This document shows, piece by piece, positions 29,106-39,335 of a stretch of DNA of 64,000 nucleotides. Both the position numbers and the translations under genes were made by a program. The stretch is from a virus. Taxonomy: Duplodnaviria; Caudoviricetes. The stretch's first letter is position 1. Each line of letters opens with the position of its first letter. The notes below the pieces were generated by a model, which did not search any database, was not told the DNA's origin, and was given only the letters and a program-made list of their open reading frames with translations. The stretch lies in the IMG/VR virus record IMGVR_UViG_3300008259_003073. The stretch is one strand, 5' to 3'.

Positions 29106-29798
29106 TTAACCTTTTTTAACAGATACAAAACTTAAAAAAGCATATCTTCCATATCCACCAACTACTTCTTTAACCTCATGGTATGGATTGTGTTTTGTAA
29201 AATCTAAAACTGCTACATTTCCAAATAATGGTGCAATTGTTTCTGTATCGTTAAATACTAAATTGCCACCCCATTCTGGATTATAATCGGAATCGTTTAA
29301 ATAAATTAATACAACGCATATTCTACCATCAACATACCCATCTTGATGTTTTTTTAAAAAAGAACCAGAATCATAATACGTTACAGAAGAATTATTATCC
29401 AATTCGCCTTCAATACCATATAATTCTTTTACTATTTTATCTGCTAATCTTTTAAAATCATCATTTATATCTGCGTTATGGAAATAATACCATTTTTGAA
29501 AAGAAGCGGCGGACGGGGATAAATCCATTTTGGATGAAATTTCATCCATAGTGAGTTTGGCGGTTTCCCAATTTGTGCAATCCTTCTGTATTTGAATTCT
29601 TCCACTATTAAATTCCGATTTAAATTCATCTTTAGCAACTCCATCTACACGAATTCCTCTAATTTTATTTTTTAAATTTTTTGTTTCATTGCAAATATAT
29701 CTTGAATAATGTTCTAAATCTTCCGAAAAAATATCGTAATCTTTCATATTAAAATATGTGTATCCTTTTTCTTGTAGTTGTTGTTTAAGTAATTCCAT
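29106..29798 (-). CDS. 2OG-Fe(II) oxygenase (prolyl-hydroxylase-like)
   Basis: HQDG, VLIYLN, WGGNL, H.V, R.AF. Confidence 0.88.
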   Translation of the reverse strand: MELLKQQLQEKGYTYFNMKDYDIFSEDLEHYSRYICNETKNLKNKIRGIRVDGVAKDEFKSEFNSGRIQIQKDCTNWETAKLTMDEISSKMDLSPSAASFQKWYYFHNADINDDFKRLADKIVKELYGIEGELDNNSSVTYYDSGSFLKKHQDGYVDGRICVVLIYLNDSDYNPEWGGNLVFNDTETIAPLFGNVAVLDFTKHNPYHEVKEVVGGYGRYAFLSFVSVKKG

Positions 29799-29799
29799 T

Positions 29800-30690
29800 T
29801 TAATTTATTTTATTTAATTCTTTTTGAAATACAGAGTATGATTGTTTTTTGAATTCTTCTTTTCTATCAATTCGTTTGATTATAGAATCATAATGAGTTC
29901 TATTTCTATAAATATAATTTTCACAAACAATATAGTTTTTTAATTTAAATTGATGTATGTTTGCACCTGATTGATTCAATTTTTCAATACCCCACATTAA
30001 AAATGTGTCATCTGGCCCGTATGCTCCCATCGATTCCGGCAATGGTATTCTATCTAATAGGGGTTTTGATAAAAGGGTAAACCACCCAGCTCCAAATTTT
30101 GTTCTAGGTTGACCTGGTACATTATTAAAAACGGTTTCCAATCCAACATCACCCACTTCACCACAATCTACAAACGGATTGTTTGTTTTACAATAATCCA
30201 ATGGTTTATTTAAATAATTAGAATTAACTAAACAATCCCAAGTCGTATCCCAATACTTAACAATTTCTGGTGTAATAAAATATTTATCAACATTATCAAT
30301 TACATCAATTGCGTTTTCCATATAAAACAATATCCTCTCATCAAAACAAATATCAGTATCCAACCAAATAAAGTGAGTTGCATCTTTACATTCTAAATGT
30401 GCGTATCGTTTGGTTTGTAGTGCACCGATAATTTCATCTCTAATCTGATATGTAGATTTACCAGCCCAGTCAGTTAATGATTTTAGTGAATTAAATCTAT
30501 CTATAAAAAATTGCTTATCTACTTTAGAATTTTCCCAATCAAATAGATAATCCGAAACTGAAAATGAAATATAAAATTCATAATTATCACCATCTATATG
30601 TTTAGATGCTTTATTCAAGTCGATTAATACTCTCTCTAAATCATCCAATTCATGTGGCATTACGAATGATGTAATAACTATTTTTTTCAT
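29800..30690 (-). CDS. GT-A fold glycosyltransferase
   Basis: FIWLDTDI (DxD); YGPDDTF. Confidence 0.65.
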   Translation of the reverse strand: MKKIVITSFVMPHELDDLERVLIDLNKASKHIDGDNYEFYISFSVSDYLFDWENSKVDKQFFIDRFNSLKSLTDWAGKSTYQIRDEIIGALQTKRYAHLECKDATHFIWLDTDICFDERILFYMENAIDVIDNVDKYFITPEIVKYWDTTWDCLVNSNYLNKPLDYCKTNNPFVDCGEVGDVGLETVFNNVPGQPRTKFGAGWFTLLSKPLLDRIPLPESMGAYGPDDTFLMWGIEKLNQSGANIHQFKLKNYIVCENYIYRNRTHYDSIIKRIDRKEEFKKQSYSVFQKELNKIN

Positions 30691-31463
30691 TTATATTTGT
30701 TTTCTATTAACTTTTTAAGTTCTTCATTTCTATCATACTGATGAACTAACACATATGGAATTGTTTCGTTAATTACCATTTCGTTTTCAATAAAATATGT
30801 TTTCTTTTCAAACCTTTTATCTTTTGATAGAGTATCGACTTGTAGTGCAAAATCGGAATTTACTTCAATTTTGTCTTTTAATAAACTATTATTAACTATT
30901 AAATTCAATGCACTTTGGTCGGTGAAATGTCTCGTATCTCCAGCTTGAGATACTAGCCAATTCAACATTAACAAATCTTTTACTGATTGATACTTACCAG
31001 CAATAACTCCAACATTTGCAATAGTTTTTCCTTTTATAGATTCCCAAAATATAGGTCCATATCCCTCATGTATATTTTTGTGTGCCCAAGGTTCGTTTTC
31101 ATTAGTAATACATTCTGATGCAACTATGATTTCTGATTTTAAATTTTTAGATAACCATTCTGTTGGATTTAATTGCCATACAATATCTCTAACATCAGTT
31201 GTTATAATATGCCCCCATTCTCTTTCATCATTCTGTAAGAACCACCACATATCAATCAATCGTTTCATATGGGGATGTCCTTGTAATTCAGCACCATAGC
31301 ATTCCCAACCCTTTGCAGAAAGATATTCAATGGTTTCATTTGGTAGGTTGTAACATATCATTATCTTATCACCACCAAATCCACAATCGTTTAGGGATTC
31401 AACATATATCTTAATTTTTTCTGGCAAATAGTTTGCTATAGCCGATATAACCAAATCTTTCAT
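30687..31463 (-). CDS. GT-A fold glycosyltransferase
   Basis: IITTDVRD, NVGVIAG, DQSALN, VHQYDR. Confidence 0.7.
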   Translation of the reverse strand: MKDLVISAIANYLPEKIKIYVESLNDCGFGGDKIMICYNLPNETIEYLSAKGWECYGAELQGHPHMKRLIDMWWFLQNDEREWGHIITTDVRDIVWQLNPTEWLSKNLKSEIIVASECITNENEPWAHKNIHEGYGPIFWESIKGKTIANVGVIAGKYQSVKDLLMLNWLVSQAGDTRHFTDQSALNLIVNNSLLKDKIEVNSDFALQVDTLSKDKRFEKKTYFIENEMVINETIPYVLVHQYDRNEELKKLIENKYK

Positions 31464-31464
31464 A

Positions 31465-32124
31465 TTATGGAATTAATAATACATCTCTACCACAATCAAT
31501 AGAACTATAATTAAATATAGTTTCCATATCTCGTATTAGTTGTTGTTCCGCATCTTTATACCAATTAGTTTCAAATAATATGTATGGTCTTTGATTTGTG
31601 GTTTGCATCCAATCAAACATACCACGTATCACCTTAACATCATATCCTTCTGCATCTATTTTTATAAAATTAACTTTTTCAATTTTATTTTCAGCTACCC
31701 ATTCAGAAAATGTTACACAATTTATAGTATACTTTTCATGTGAATGTATTTCCATTCCCTCTTTATAAATTTTATTGTAACCCAAATTTTGATTAGATGC
31801 TAATATTGTAACTTCCGAAGTTTCATTCCCTAATGCTTTATCAACTATTGTTATATTTGAATATTTTTCAAATTTATTTTTACATTCACTTACCAAATAT
31901 GGTACAGGTTCAAATAATATTACATTTTCTAAAAAATCATATCCCAAATCATCTAGTATCATTTTACTAAATAATCCAGTATTTGCACCAACATCTACAA
32001 ATGCATCGCCTTTGTTTAGATATGATTTTACTAAATCAACATTGGCTTGTATTTCGGGTCTTAACCAATTTTCCCATTCATTTAATTCCATATTATTATA
32101 ATTTATTTTCCGTATTTTTGCCAA
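31465..32124 (-). CDS. FkbM-family methyltransferase
   Basis: FVDVGANTG, FEP, ALG, IKIDAEGYD. Confidence 0.9.
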   Translation of the reverse strand: MAKIRKINYNNMELNEWENWLRPEIQANVDLVKSYLNKGDAFVDVGANTGLFSKMILDDLGYDFLENVILFEPVPYLVSECKNKFEKYSNITIVDKALGNETSEVTILASNQNLGYNKIYKEGMEIHSHEKYTINCVTFSEWVAENKIEKVNFIKIDAEGYDVKVIRGMFDWMQTTNQRPYILFETNWYKDAEQQLIRDMETIFNYSSIDCGRDVLLIP

Positions 32125-32849
32125 TCGTTATGCATGAATAATCCTTCATTGTGGCCAACTTTAAATGTAGATTCGGCCCACCATTTTGCTATATTACCTT
32201 CCAATGCGATACCATCTCCGGCAAATTTATTTACTACATCTAAATAAAATTGTTTTTTATATAAACATGGATTGTTTGTCCAATTACCGTAACGAGATGT
32301 TGTCCAAAACATATCTTCTGTTTTATTTATATAATCACCAAATTCAATATCAGGTTCACACCAATGTAAAGAATCCAATAAATGTGGAGATGTACATTGT
32401 GAGTTATCATCATAGTATGTTAACTCTTGTCCTTGATACCTAAATGAAAAATGTGGATAACCTGGATTCTTTCTGTGTCTTAAACGAACAACATCCATCC
32501 CCATTTCAATTGCCTGATAACTTTTCTTTAATGTGTTATATGTGGTTTCCCTATTTTCAATTAAATTCCAATCATGCTCCAATACCAATACATAATCCGA
32601 TTGTGCGTTTTGAGTTAGTTTAATAAATCCTTGCCCTATACCTACGTTTTGATTCAATCCTATGCAATCTAATCCAAAATGTTTTGCAATTTGATAATCT
32701 TGCTCATTGAATTCTTGAAATAATATAGTAGTATCGTTTACCATATCAAACAATCCATTGTTATAATATGTGGTTAATGTATCAACTAATACTTGCCCAC
32801 TATTCCAGGAAAGTATTCCTATACTAATTGGTAATTTATCCATGTACAA
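32103..32849 (-). CDS. GT2-like glycosyltransferase
   Basis: NVGIGQGF, YVLVLEHDW, WTNNP. Confidence 0.65.
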   Translation of the reverse strand: MYMDKLPISIGILSWNSGQVLVDTLTTYYNNGLFDMVNDTTILFQEFNEQDYQIAKHFGLDCIGLNQNVGIGQGFIKLTQNAQSDYVLVLEHDWNLIENRETTYNTLKKSYQAIEMGMDVVRLRHRKNPGYPHFSFRYQGQELTYYDDNSQCTSPHLLDSLHWCEPDIEFGDYINKTEDMFWTTSRYGNWTNNPCLYKKQFYLDVVNKFAGDGIALEGNIAKWWAESTFKVGHNEGLFMHNDWQKYGK

Positions 32850-33474
32850 ATAATTTTAAAAAGTTAACTTGGTCTTCCATTTTTCTAGCATCCCATTCTT
32901 TCTCATCCGAAGTTGTACTCATTTCAGTTTCAACTTTGAAGTTTCTCAATATACCTTTTGGTGCTGGATTTTTATCTTTTATAAAATTATCGCCATACCA
33001 TATTTTAATATTTTCTGGAATGTTAATCCAATACTTTTTATGCAACATAATGAAACATCCCCATCCCCAATCATTGATTCCAGATTTCCAAACATCTATG
33101 AAAGGTCCTCTTTCTTCATCAATAGGTTCTTTGTAATTACCTTCACCCATTCCAATAATACCATACTGGGAAAGAACATCTTCGGTTATTACTTCAAAAA
33201 TATTTGGGTCAAAGTTAATATCATCGTTTAGTATCGCTATACTATTATTTTTAGCTAGTTTAACTCCTAAATTCCAAGCGGGGTTTACATAAATGTTTTC
33301 TTCTACTTGAACTAATTTAACTTTATCTAATCCTTCAAAATGTTCAAAGAATTTGCCGGCGTTATCTATTAATATAATTTCATCTACAAATTCACATTTT
33401 ATCAAATCAAATAATAGTTTTCCAATTCTATTTGATTTCCAAAGTGTTGGGATTACTATTGAATATTTTTGCAT
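32836..33474 (-). CDS. GT2 glycosyltransferase
   Basis: SIVIPT, IILIDN, AWNLG, ILNDD, WYGD. Confidence 0.8.
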   Translation of the reverse strand: MQKYSIVIPTLWKSNRIGKLLFDLIKCEFVDEIILIDNAGKFFEHFEGLDKVKLVQVEENIYVNPAWNLGVKLAKNNSIAILNDDINFDPNIFEVITEDVLSQYGIIGMGEGNYKEPIDEERGPFIDVWKSGINDWGWGCFIMLHKKYWINIPENIKIWYGDNFIKDKNPAPKGILRNFKVETEMSTTSDEKEWDARKMEDQVNFLKLFVHG

Positions 33475-33476
33475 AA

Positions 33477-34037
33477 TTATTTTTTAATAATTTCCAATAT
33501 GATATCATCGTATCTGTTTTTGTTTTTTGTCAAATCAAATACTTTATATACATAATTTAAACTATGTACCTCATCAATTAATTTATTTAAATCGGAGTTG
33601 GATTGAATGTCTTCGATAATAAGTTTACCACCCAATTTTACTTTACTGAACCAATTTTTTATAGAGTATATTTGACTATCGATTGTATGTGGTCCATCAT
33701 CTATTAGATAATCGATTGAATCATTTTCAAACATATCTAATACATCTTGCGTATATGCATCTGCTTCTATAATCTGTATATCTCCCATTTTTCTAATATC
33801 ATCCGCCATACCTTCTGGTAAATTATAAAATGGGTCTATACCAGTTATTTCCGAATTTATAAACCAATCTCTTAATAGTTTCATAGAAGGGCCTCTATGT
33901 ACGCCTATTTCCAGTATTTTTAATTTATCATTTCTTTTTAGTGTAAATTCTTCCGAATAATACCCATTTATATAGTCGTGTGTCGTTCCTTTATCACTTT
34001 TAATTTCAGAAACTTCGTAAAATTCAGCAAATGTCAT
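33477..34037 (-). CDS. class I SAM-dependent O-methyltransferase (Methyltransf_24-like)
   Basis: SDK...H.Y...Y, ILEIGV..G.S, LIDDGPH, GGKLIIED. Confidence 0.85.
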   Translation of the reverse strand: MTFAEFYEVSEIKSDKGTTHDYINGYYSEEFTLKRNDKLKILEIGVHRGPSMKLLRDWFINSEITGIDPFYNLPEGMADDIRKMGDIQIIEADAYTQDVLDMFENDSIDYLIDDGPHTIDSQIYSIKNWFSKVKLGGKLIIEDIQSNSDLNKLIDEVHSLNYVYKVFDLTKNKNRYDDIILEIIKK

Positions 34038-35032
34038 AATTTATTTTTCCAAAATGAGTAAATACCTTTATCAAGCTCGTATGATGGCCAGATAAATTGT
34101 TCTCTTTTAGGTTGATGTGATGCCCAAACCCACATATCCCACAATCCTTCATCTAAAGAAGTTTTATGTTCAAATCCTAATATATTAATTGATTTTTGAA
34201 AAGTTGGAATTGACCTTTTAACTTCGTGTCTACCCTCTTTATAAACAACTTCACCACTACCTATGATTGCTCTCAATAATGAATTTGCTTTGTTTATACT
34301 CCATTCCTCAATACCGCCCAAATTAATAATTTGTTTAGATGCTTCGGGTCTAATTGCCGAGTTCCACAATGGTTCTACAATATCATCTACACAACTAAAC
34401 GCTCTGGTTTGTTCACCATCTCCAAATATCGTCATTGGTTCTCCATTTAAATGCTGATACATCCAAATACCCAATACATTTCGATACTTGTCCCAAATGT
34501 TTTGATTGATACCATACACATTATGTGGTCTGATAATACACCAGTCTAAACCATGTTGTTCTCCTGCAATTTGTATATCCATCTCACATCCATATTTTGC
34601 AACTCCATACGGGTCGATTGGTTTAGGTGTGTGTGTTTCATCAAATAATCCACCTTCTCCATGACCATATACTGCAAGGGTTGAAGTGAATATCAATCGT
34701 TTAACATTATGTTTAATACATTGGTTAACTACTCTTGCAGTTGCAACCAAATTGTTTTCGTAATTATATTGTCTGATAAATGGTGATAACCCTTCTGCTG
34801 CGTATGCTGCAAAATGGAACACATAGTCAAATTTGTGAATTTCAAAACAATTTTCAATTGGGTGTGTTACCAAATTCATTTGCCAAAATTCTACTGTTGG
34901 GTTTACATTTTCTCTATATCCACCACTTAAATCATCAATTCCAACTATATGAACTTCTGGATGTTTTTCGGTTAACCAATCTGCTAATCTACTACCTAAT
35001 AGCCCCGCTACTCCCGTTATTAAAACTTTCAT
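34034..35032 (-). CDS. NAD-dependent nucleotide-sugar epimerase/dehydratase
   Basis: LITGVAGLLG, DDLSGG, TST.AVYG, YGVAK (YxxxK), RPHNVYG. Confidence 0.93.
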   Translation of the reverse strand: MKVLITGVAGLLGSRLADWLTEKHPEVHIVGIDDLSGGYRENVNPTVEFWQMNLVTHPIENCFEIHKFDYVFHFAAYAAEGLSPFIRQYNYENNLVATARVVNQCIKHNVKRLIFTSTLAVYGHGEGGLFDETHTPKPIDPYGVAKYGCEMDIQIAGEQHGLDWCIIRPHNVYGINQNIWDKYRNVLGIWMYQHLNGEPMTIFGDGEQTRAFSCVDDIVEPLWNSAIRPEASKQIINLGGIEEWSINKANSLLRAIIGSGEVVYKEGRHEVKRSIPTFQKSINILGFEHKTSLDEGLWDMWVWASHQPKREQFIWPSYELDKGIYSFWKNKL

Positions 35033-35879
35033 AATTTTCTATTAATTTATTTACTACTTGAATTTGTGTGTAATTATGCAACACTTTCATCATTCCGTTA
35101 TGTGCAATTCTTTCCCTTTCCTCTTCGTTTTCATTGTAATAGTTCATCTTCTCTATACAATCGAACATCTCATCGTAATATACAATATCTTCCCCTTCTA
35201 CAAACATTTCAGATAAACCAGTTTCATCTGGCAACCTATCAGTTAATATCATCTTACCACACGCCATTCCTTCAAAGATTCTACGGGTAATTTCTTTCCA
35301 TCTACTATTCTGAATTACTATTAAACCAGTATTCAAAAATTCCGTATGTTCTTTAGGTCCTAATCCATTTCTATTACCAACTGCTCCCTCTGCCCAATTT
35401 GTAAGATAATCTAAAAATTGGGAATTTCCAAGTCCTCGTGTAGTTACTGCAACATATTGTGGTTCTAAATTCATTGGAAACTGAACTTTAGTATCTGCGA
35501 AATGATTTATCCATTCAGCATTTATACCTCTGTTTCTATATTCTTGTGCAGATTGTTTATCGGGTGTGATTGTGTAATGGAAACGATTTGCTTTAGGATA
35601 ATTTCTTTCAAAGTTTTGTGGGTCATCACCACTTTCTTGTATCCAAAATGCAGGAACTAAATCCTTATTAAGATATTGTGAATCAAATCTACCCCAATCC
35701 ATAAACAATACGATATCTGTTTGTGGTTTGGAATTTACCCAATTCTTTAAATCAGTATCATTTGTTTTGATTATTTGAGTTTCCCACCCTCTTTCTTTAA
35801 ATTCATTTACTAATGCCAATGGAGTAGACCATACTTCCCCATCTCTATAATCGTATATGAATGTTATTTTATTTTGCAT
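34992..35879 (-). CDS. GT-B glycosyltransferase (CgeB / Glycos_transf_1_2-like)
   Basis: RRIFEGMACG..ILTD, ERIAHNG...HNYT. Confidence 0.8.
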   Translation of the reverse strand: MQNKITFIYDYRDGEVWSTPLALVNEFKERGWETQIIKTNDTDLKNWVNSKPQTDIVLFMDWGRFDSQYLNKDLVPAFWIQESGDDPQNFERNYPKANRFHYTITPDKQSAQEYRNRGINAEWINHFADTKVQFPMNLEPQYVAVTTRGLGNSQFLDYLTNWAEGAVGNRNGLGPKEHTEFLNTGLIVIQNSRWKEITRRIFEGMACGKMILTDRLPDETGLSEMFVEGEDIVYYDEMFDCIEKMNYYNENEEERERIAHNGMMKVLHNYTQIQVVNKLIENYESFNNGSSGAIR

Positions 35880-36498
35880 ATTCTTCTCTTTTAAATAAAA
35901 CCTGATAATGATTAGTTACTTCTAAATTATATGGTGAATATGGTTTCCAATTTACACCATTTTGAATATAATCGGTTTCTGCTGAAAACCTGTTTGTATT
36001 TATATTTTTTACATCTATCGTTTTCGCGTAGTCCGCTTTCATCCACCAAAAGTTACCAGAATATATTGTCCATTTTCCAGCATTACCAAGTAAGACACCG
36101 TATGTATTAAAATCAGTTTTTTCAAATAATTTAAAAACATTTCTGGTTTTTTCTATATTAAAATAATTCATAAGATGTCTCCAAGATGCAACATTTGTGT
36201 TTCCTTGTTTGGATGCACCTTTAGTATGAAAATACAAAATATAATCCGAATCTGCAAATTTTTCTACATCTTTTTGTATTAATTCCAATGTAACAAATTC
36301 ATTACCTCTCGCTCTGACATCCCTTACATTTTTAAATTTAGTCAACAGATGGTATATTGATTTATTTTCTTCTGCAAGAGAAATCCCTATATTTAAAATA
36401 TAGGGAAAATCAAAATGTTTTTTTAATAAAGAAATCTGCTCTTCCACTATTGATTCTACCCCGTCTATTGCGTATATGTGATAATAGACGTGTACCAT
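35869..36498 (-). CDS. conserved glycan-cluster protein (probable glycosyltransferase)
   Basis: YYHI, NEFVTL, LYFHTKG, YSGNFWW motifs; cluster context. Confidence 0.6.
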   Translation of the reverse strand: MVHVYYHIYAIDGVESIVEEQISLLKKHFDFPYILNIGISLAEENKSIYHLLTKFKNVRDVRARGNEFVTLELIQKDVEKFADSDYILYFHTKGASKQGNTNVASWRHLMNYFNIEKTRNVFKLFEKTDFNTYGVLLGNAGKWTIYSGNFWWMKADYAKTIDVKNINTNRFSAETDYIQNGVNWKPYSPYNLEVTNHYQVLFKREEYAK

Positions 36499-37124
36499 TA
36501 TAGTGTATCGTAATAATTGTTTTGTCTTTCTTGCCTATCAATTGTTTTTGGATGTATAATACAATACACTTCATCTGATGGGAAATTGGTGTATGATTGA
36601 AACCCAACAATTCTTTCATGTACTTTACCACTCCAACCAATTGTTTCTGGATTGTTTTTGTAGATACGAGTCTGAACATCTGGGAAGTTAACCCATCCTT
36701 TCTCATTAACATTCCATCCCCATTTTTGAATATGTGCTTCAGTTAATCCTTCGACTGTATTGATTCTCGGAACTACTATCAAATCCTTATCAGTATTAGC
36801 TTCTAATAGCTCTTCCAAATTATAGATTAAATCATTTGATAGGTACTCATCGGCATCTAATTGAAATATCCATTCACCTTTACAATGTGAATTTAAAAAG
36901 TTTTTCCATTGTGCAAAATCATTATCAAATTCAGATTCAATTAAAGTGATGTAATTTGCATTAGCTTGCAATTCTAAATACTCAATCATTTCCGTAGAAG
37001 ATTTTGGAGTATCTAAAAGGACTACTATTTCCGAATTTTCACCTTTATAGTTTATCAGTTGTGTAATTAACCTTATAATTTCTTCATGCTCATTACAAGC
37101 CGTTATTGCGTAACTTAATTTCAT
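36498..37124 (-). CDS. GT2 glycosyltransferase
   Basis: LSYAITACNE, FAQWKN, WIFQLDADE, VHE. Confidence 0.85.
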   Translation of the reverse strand: MKLSYAITACNEHEEIIRLITQLINYKGENSEIVVLLDTPKSSTEMIEYLELQANANYITLIESEFDNDFAQWKNFLNSHCKGEWIFQLDADEYLSNDLIYNLEELLEANTDKDLIVVPRINTVEGLTEAHIQKWGWNVNEKGWVNFPDVQTRIYKNNPETIGWSGKVHERIVGFQSYTNFPSDEVYCIIHPKTIDRQERQNNYYDTL

Positions 37125-37125
37125 T

Positions 37126-37587
37126 TTAATCTTCGTTGTGTTGAATTTTTATATCATCTAAACCGTCACCAGTTGTATATGGTGGATTATATGTATTATT
37201 TGTATAATGCCATGCTGAACCACTTGGGTATCCATATGTGGTTGATGTACTCATACCATTGGGTGTGATGATTGTACTAATACTGCTACCTGGTGTACTT
37301 GCAATTGTTATACCAGGTGTTGATGGAGTTACAAATCCAGGTGATGGTGCCGTTCCGTTTGGTTTGACACATGGTATCTCTACATTTGGATAATAAGTGT
37401 GAGGTTCTTGCCATCTTGGAAATGGTTGTGTATTTGGAACATCCGCTCCAGTATATCCAATGGGTTGTGTATCGTTAACCTCTGCCAATTTTGCTTTTAG
37501 TATATCCCACTGCATTGGGGTAATGTTATACTGATGTACTCCTTCAGTAAATCCTTGTAACCAAATTACAAATTCTTTTGATGTCAT
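37126..37587 (-). CDS. hypothetical protein with low-complexity tail
   Basis: EFVIWLQGF N-domain followed by P/T/S-rich region. Confidence 0.7.
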   Translation of the reverse strand: MTSKEFVIWLQGFTEGVHQYNITPMQWDILKAKLAEVNDTQPIGYTGADVPNTQPFPRWQEPHTYYPNVEIPCVKPNGTAPSPGFVTPSTPGITIASTPGSSISTIITPNGMSTSTTYGYPSGSAWHYTNNTYNPPYTTGDGLDDIKIQHNED

Positions 37588-38066
37588 AACTGTGTATTTT
37601 CGTTATTTTGTTCTTTAATAGTTTTTATTGATTTTTTTACATTAGGAGTCAATCCTTCAATATCCATTTCTAATTCAGTTATTCTACCAAACCCACTTAT
37701 TTTATAAGTTCTATATGCTTCATTTGTTATTATAGGTACTTTAGAAACTACGGATGAATAAAACTTTTTTGCACCACCCTTCATTTCTAATTTATCTTCA
37801 TCTTCGTTTACAAATTTACCAAAAAATCTTTTTACTAAAGCCGGATTTATATTTGATACTTTAACTGCATGAACTACTCCTTTGGCTCTAGATACAAACA
37901 AAGTGTATATAATTGGTCCATCACCTATAGAGTATGATTGCTTTGTACCATCTACATATTCGTATTGCATTATCATATAGAATTTTCCACGCCTCATTCT
38001 TTCGGGTGATACTGATTTATCACCCTTATCTATGTACTTGCGATATATACGATTATATGCTGACAC
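37584..38066 (-). CDS. hypothetical protein, weak resemblance to T4 gp2 DNA end protector
   Basis: GKFY..Y...P.IY...; YRTY pattern. Confidence 0.35.
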   Translation of the reverse strand: MSAYNRIYRKYIDKGDKSVSPERMRRGKFYMIMQYEYVDGTKQSYSIGDGPIIYTLFVSRAKGVVHAVKVSNINPALVKRFFGKFVNEDEDKLEMKGGAKKFYSSVVSKVPIITNEAYRTYKISGFGRITELEMDIEGLTPNVKKSIKTIKEQNNENTQL

Positions 38067-39334
38067 TACTTATTTAACATTTTTAGTTTAGGTAATTGCA
38101 GTTGTTGAAACTTTGGTTGTATCTTACTATAAATACCATATTGATTCAAAATTCCATCAAACAATTTAGTCATTTTTTCCAATCCAAAGTTTTGTTTATT
38201 TTGTTTGCCCAATTGTAAAGATGCCGTTTTGTATTTTTCATAGTTCTTATAAACATCTTTTATAGATGATAATGCTTTTGAAATGTTTACATTAAACCAT
38301 TGTGATTCTTTTAATAAGAATTGGTCTGCTGCTGATTCATGTACTGGTTTTAATTCACCTTCCAATAAAACAGCTCCTTGCTTTAAGAAATCCAAATGTC
38401 CACTCCAATTAGATACAATTACAGGTTTACCCGTCAAACTGAACTCCAATAGGGGTCTACCAAACCCTTCACCTTTTGTGAAGTTTAACATTGCTTTTAC
38501 TTTCGGATGTTCATACAATCCGTTCATTTGAGCAGGTGTTAAATCACCATGCAACAAATAGATTGGAACTGATTTATAATCATTACCCAATACCTCTCTA
38601 ATTTTTTTAATAGTGGTTTCTCTATCCATTACAGAGAATCCTGCTGAAGATGTTTTAAGAACCAATGCGGGTTTTACCTTTTCATTTTTGAATGCCATTG
38701 CGAATGTTTTAATCATCATTCCCACATTCTTTCTATCTTCACCCAAATCACCTCTTAACCAATGTCCTACAAATAGGAATGCAAACTCTTCTTTGATTGA
38801 ATCCAATTCGGTAATATGCTCAAAGGTTTTGGTTCCAAAATCAGCTTCATCAAATCCTTCGAAGAGGATTTCAACAGGTTTTTGAATTCTGTGTTGTGCA
38901 ACTAATTGTCCACTTTGTTTATCTTGCTCATTATATACCGTATCTACTAAACTTTTCTTTGAATGTTCGGATGGAACTATAATTAAATCCATTCGATTGC
39001 ATCCATGAATCCAATCTAATGCACAATGTGTAGTTTCAATTGCTGCAGTAATTCCAATGTTATAAAACCCTAATGGTTGAAATTCATTTGGAACTGTAAC
39101 TTGAATATAAATGTCAGGTTTTTCTGTAATCTGTGGAATGATGTTATCTACCGCCCATTTATGAAATTCATTATCATAATTAAGAGCATCCATTGGGGTA
39201 TTCCCCCAACGAGTGCTAATAATTTTAATATCAAACTTATCTAATTTATATAAAGAGTGTAACAAATCTCTCGCGTGGTCACCATACCCACTTCTTGTTG
39301 CAATTGGTGCCTGAAATACTAATGTTGGTTTCAT
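38066..39334 (-). CDS. GT4-like glycosyltransferase
   Basis: TRSGYG, RKNVG, TKGEGFGRPLLE, PVIVSNWSG. Confidence 0.85.
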   Translation of the reverse strand: MKPTLVFQAPIATRSGYGDHARDLLHSLYKLDKFDIKIISTRWGNTPMDALNYDNEFHKWAVDNIIPQITEKPDIYIQVTVPNEFQPLGFYNIGITAAIETTHCALDWIHGCNRMDLIIVPSEHSKKSLVDTVYNEQDKQSGQLVAQHRIQKPVEILFEGFDEADFGTKTFEHITELDSIKEEFAFLFVGHWLRGDLGEDRKNVGMMIKTFAMAFKNEKVKPALVLKTSSAGFSVMDRETTIKKIREVLGNDYKSVPIYLLHGDLTPAQMNGLYEHPKVKAMLNFTKGEGFGRPLLEFSLTGKPVIVSNWSGHLDFLKQGAVLLEGELKPVHESAADQFLLKESQWFNVNISKALSSIKDVYKNYEKYKTASLQLGKQNKQNFGLEKMTKLFDGILNQYGIYSKIQPKFQQLQLPKLKMLNK

Positions 39335-39335
39335 A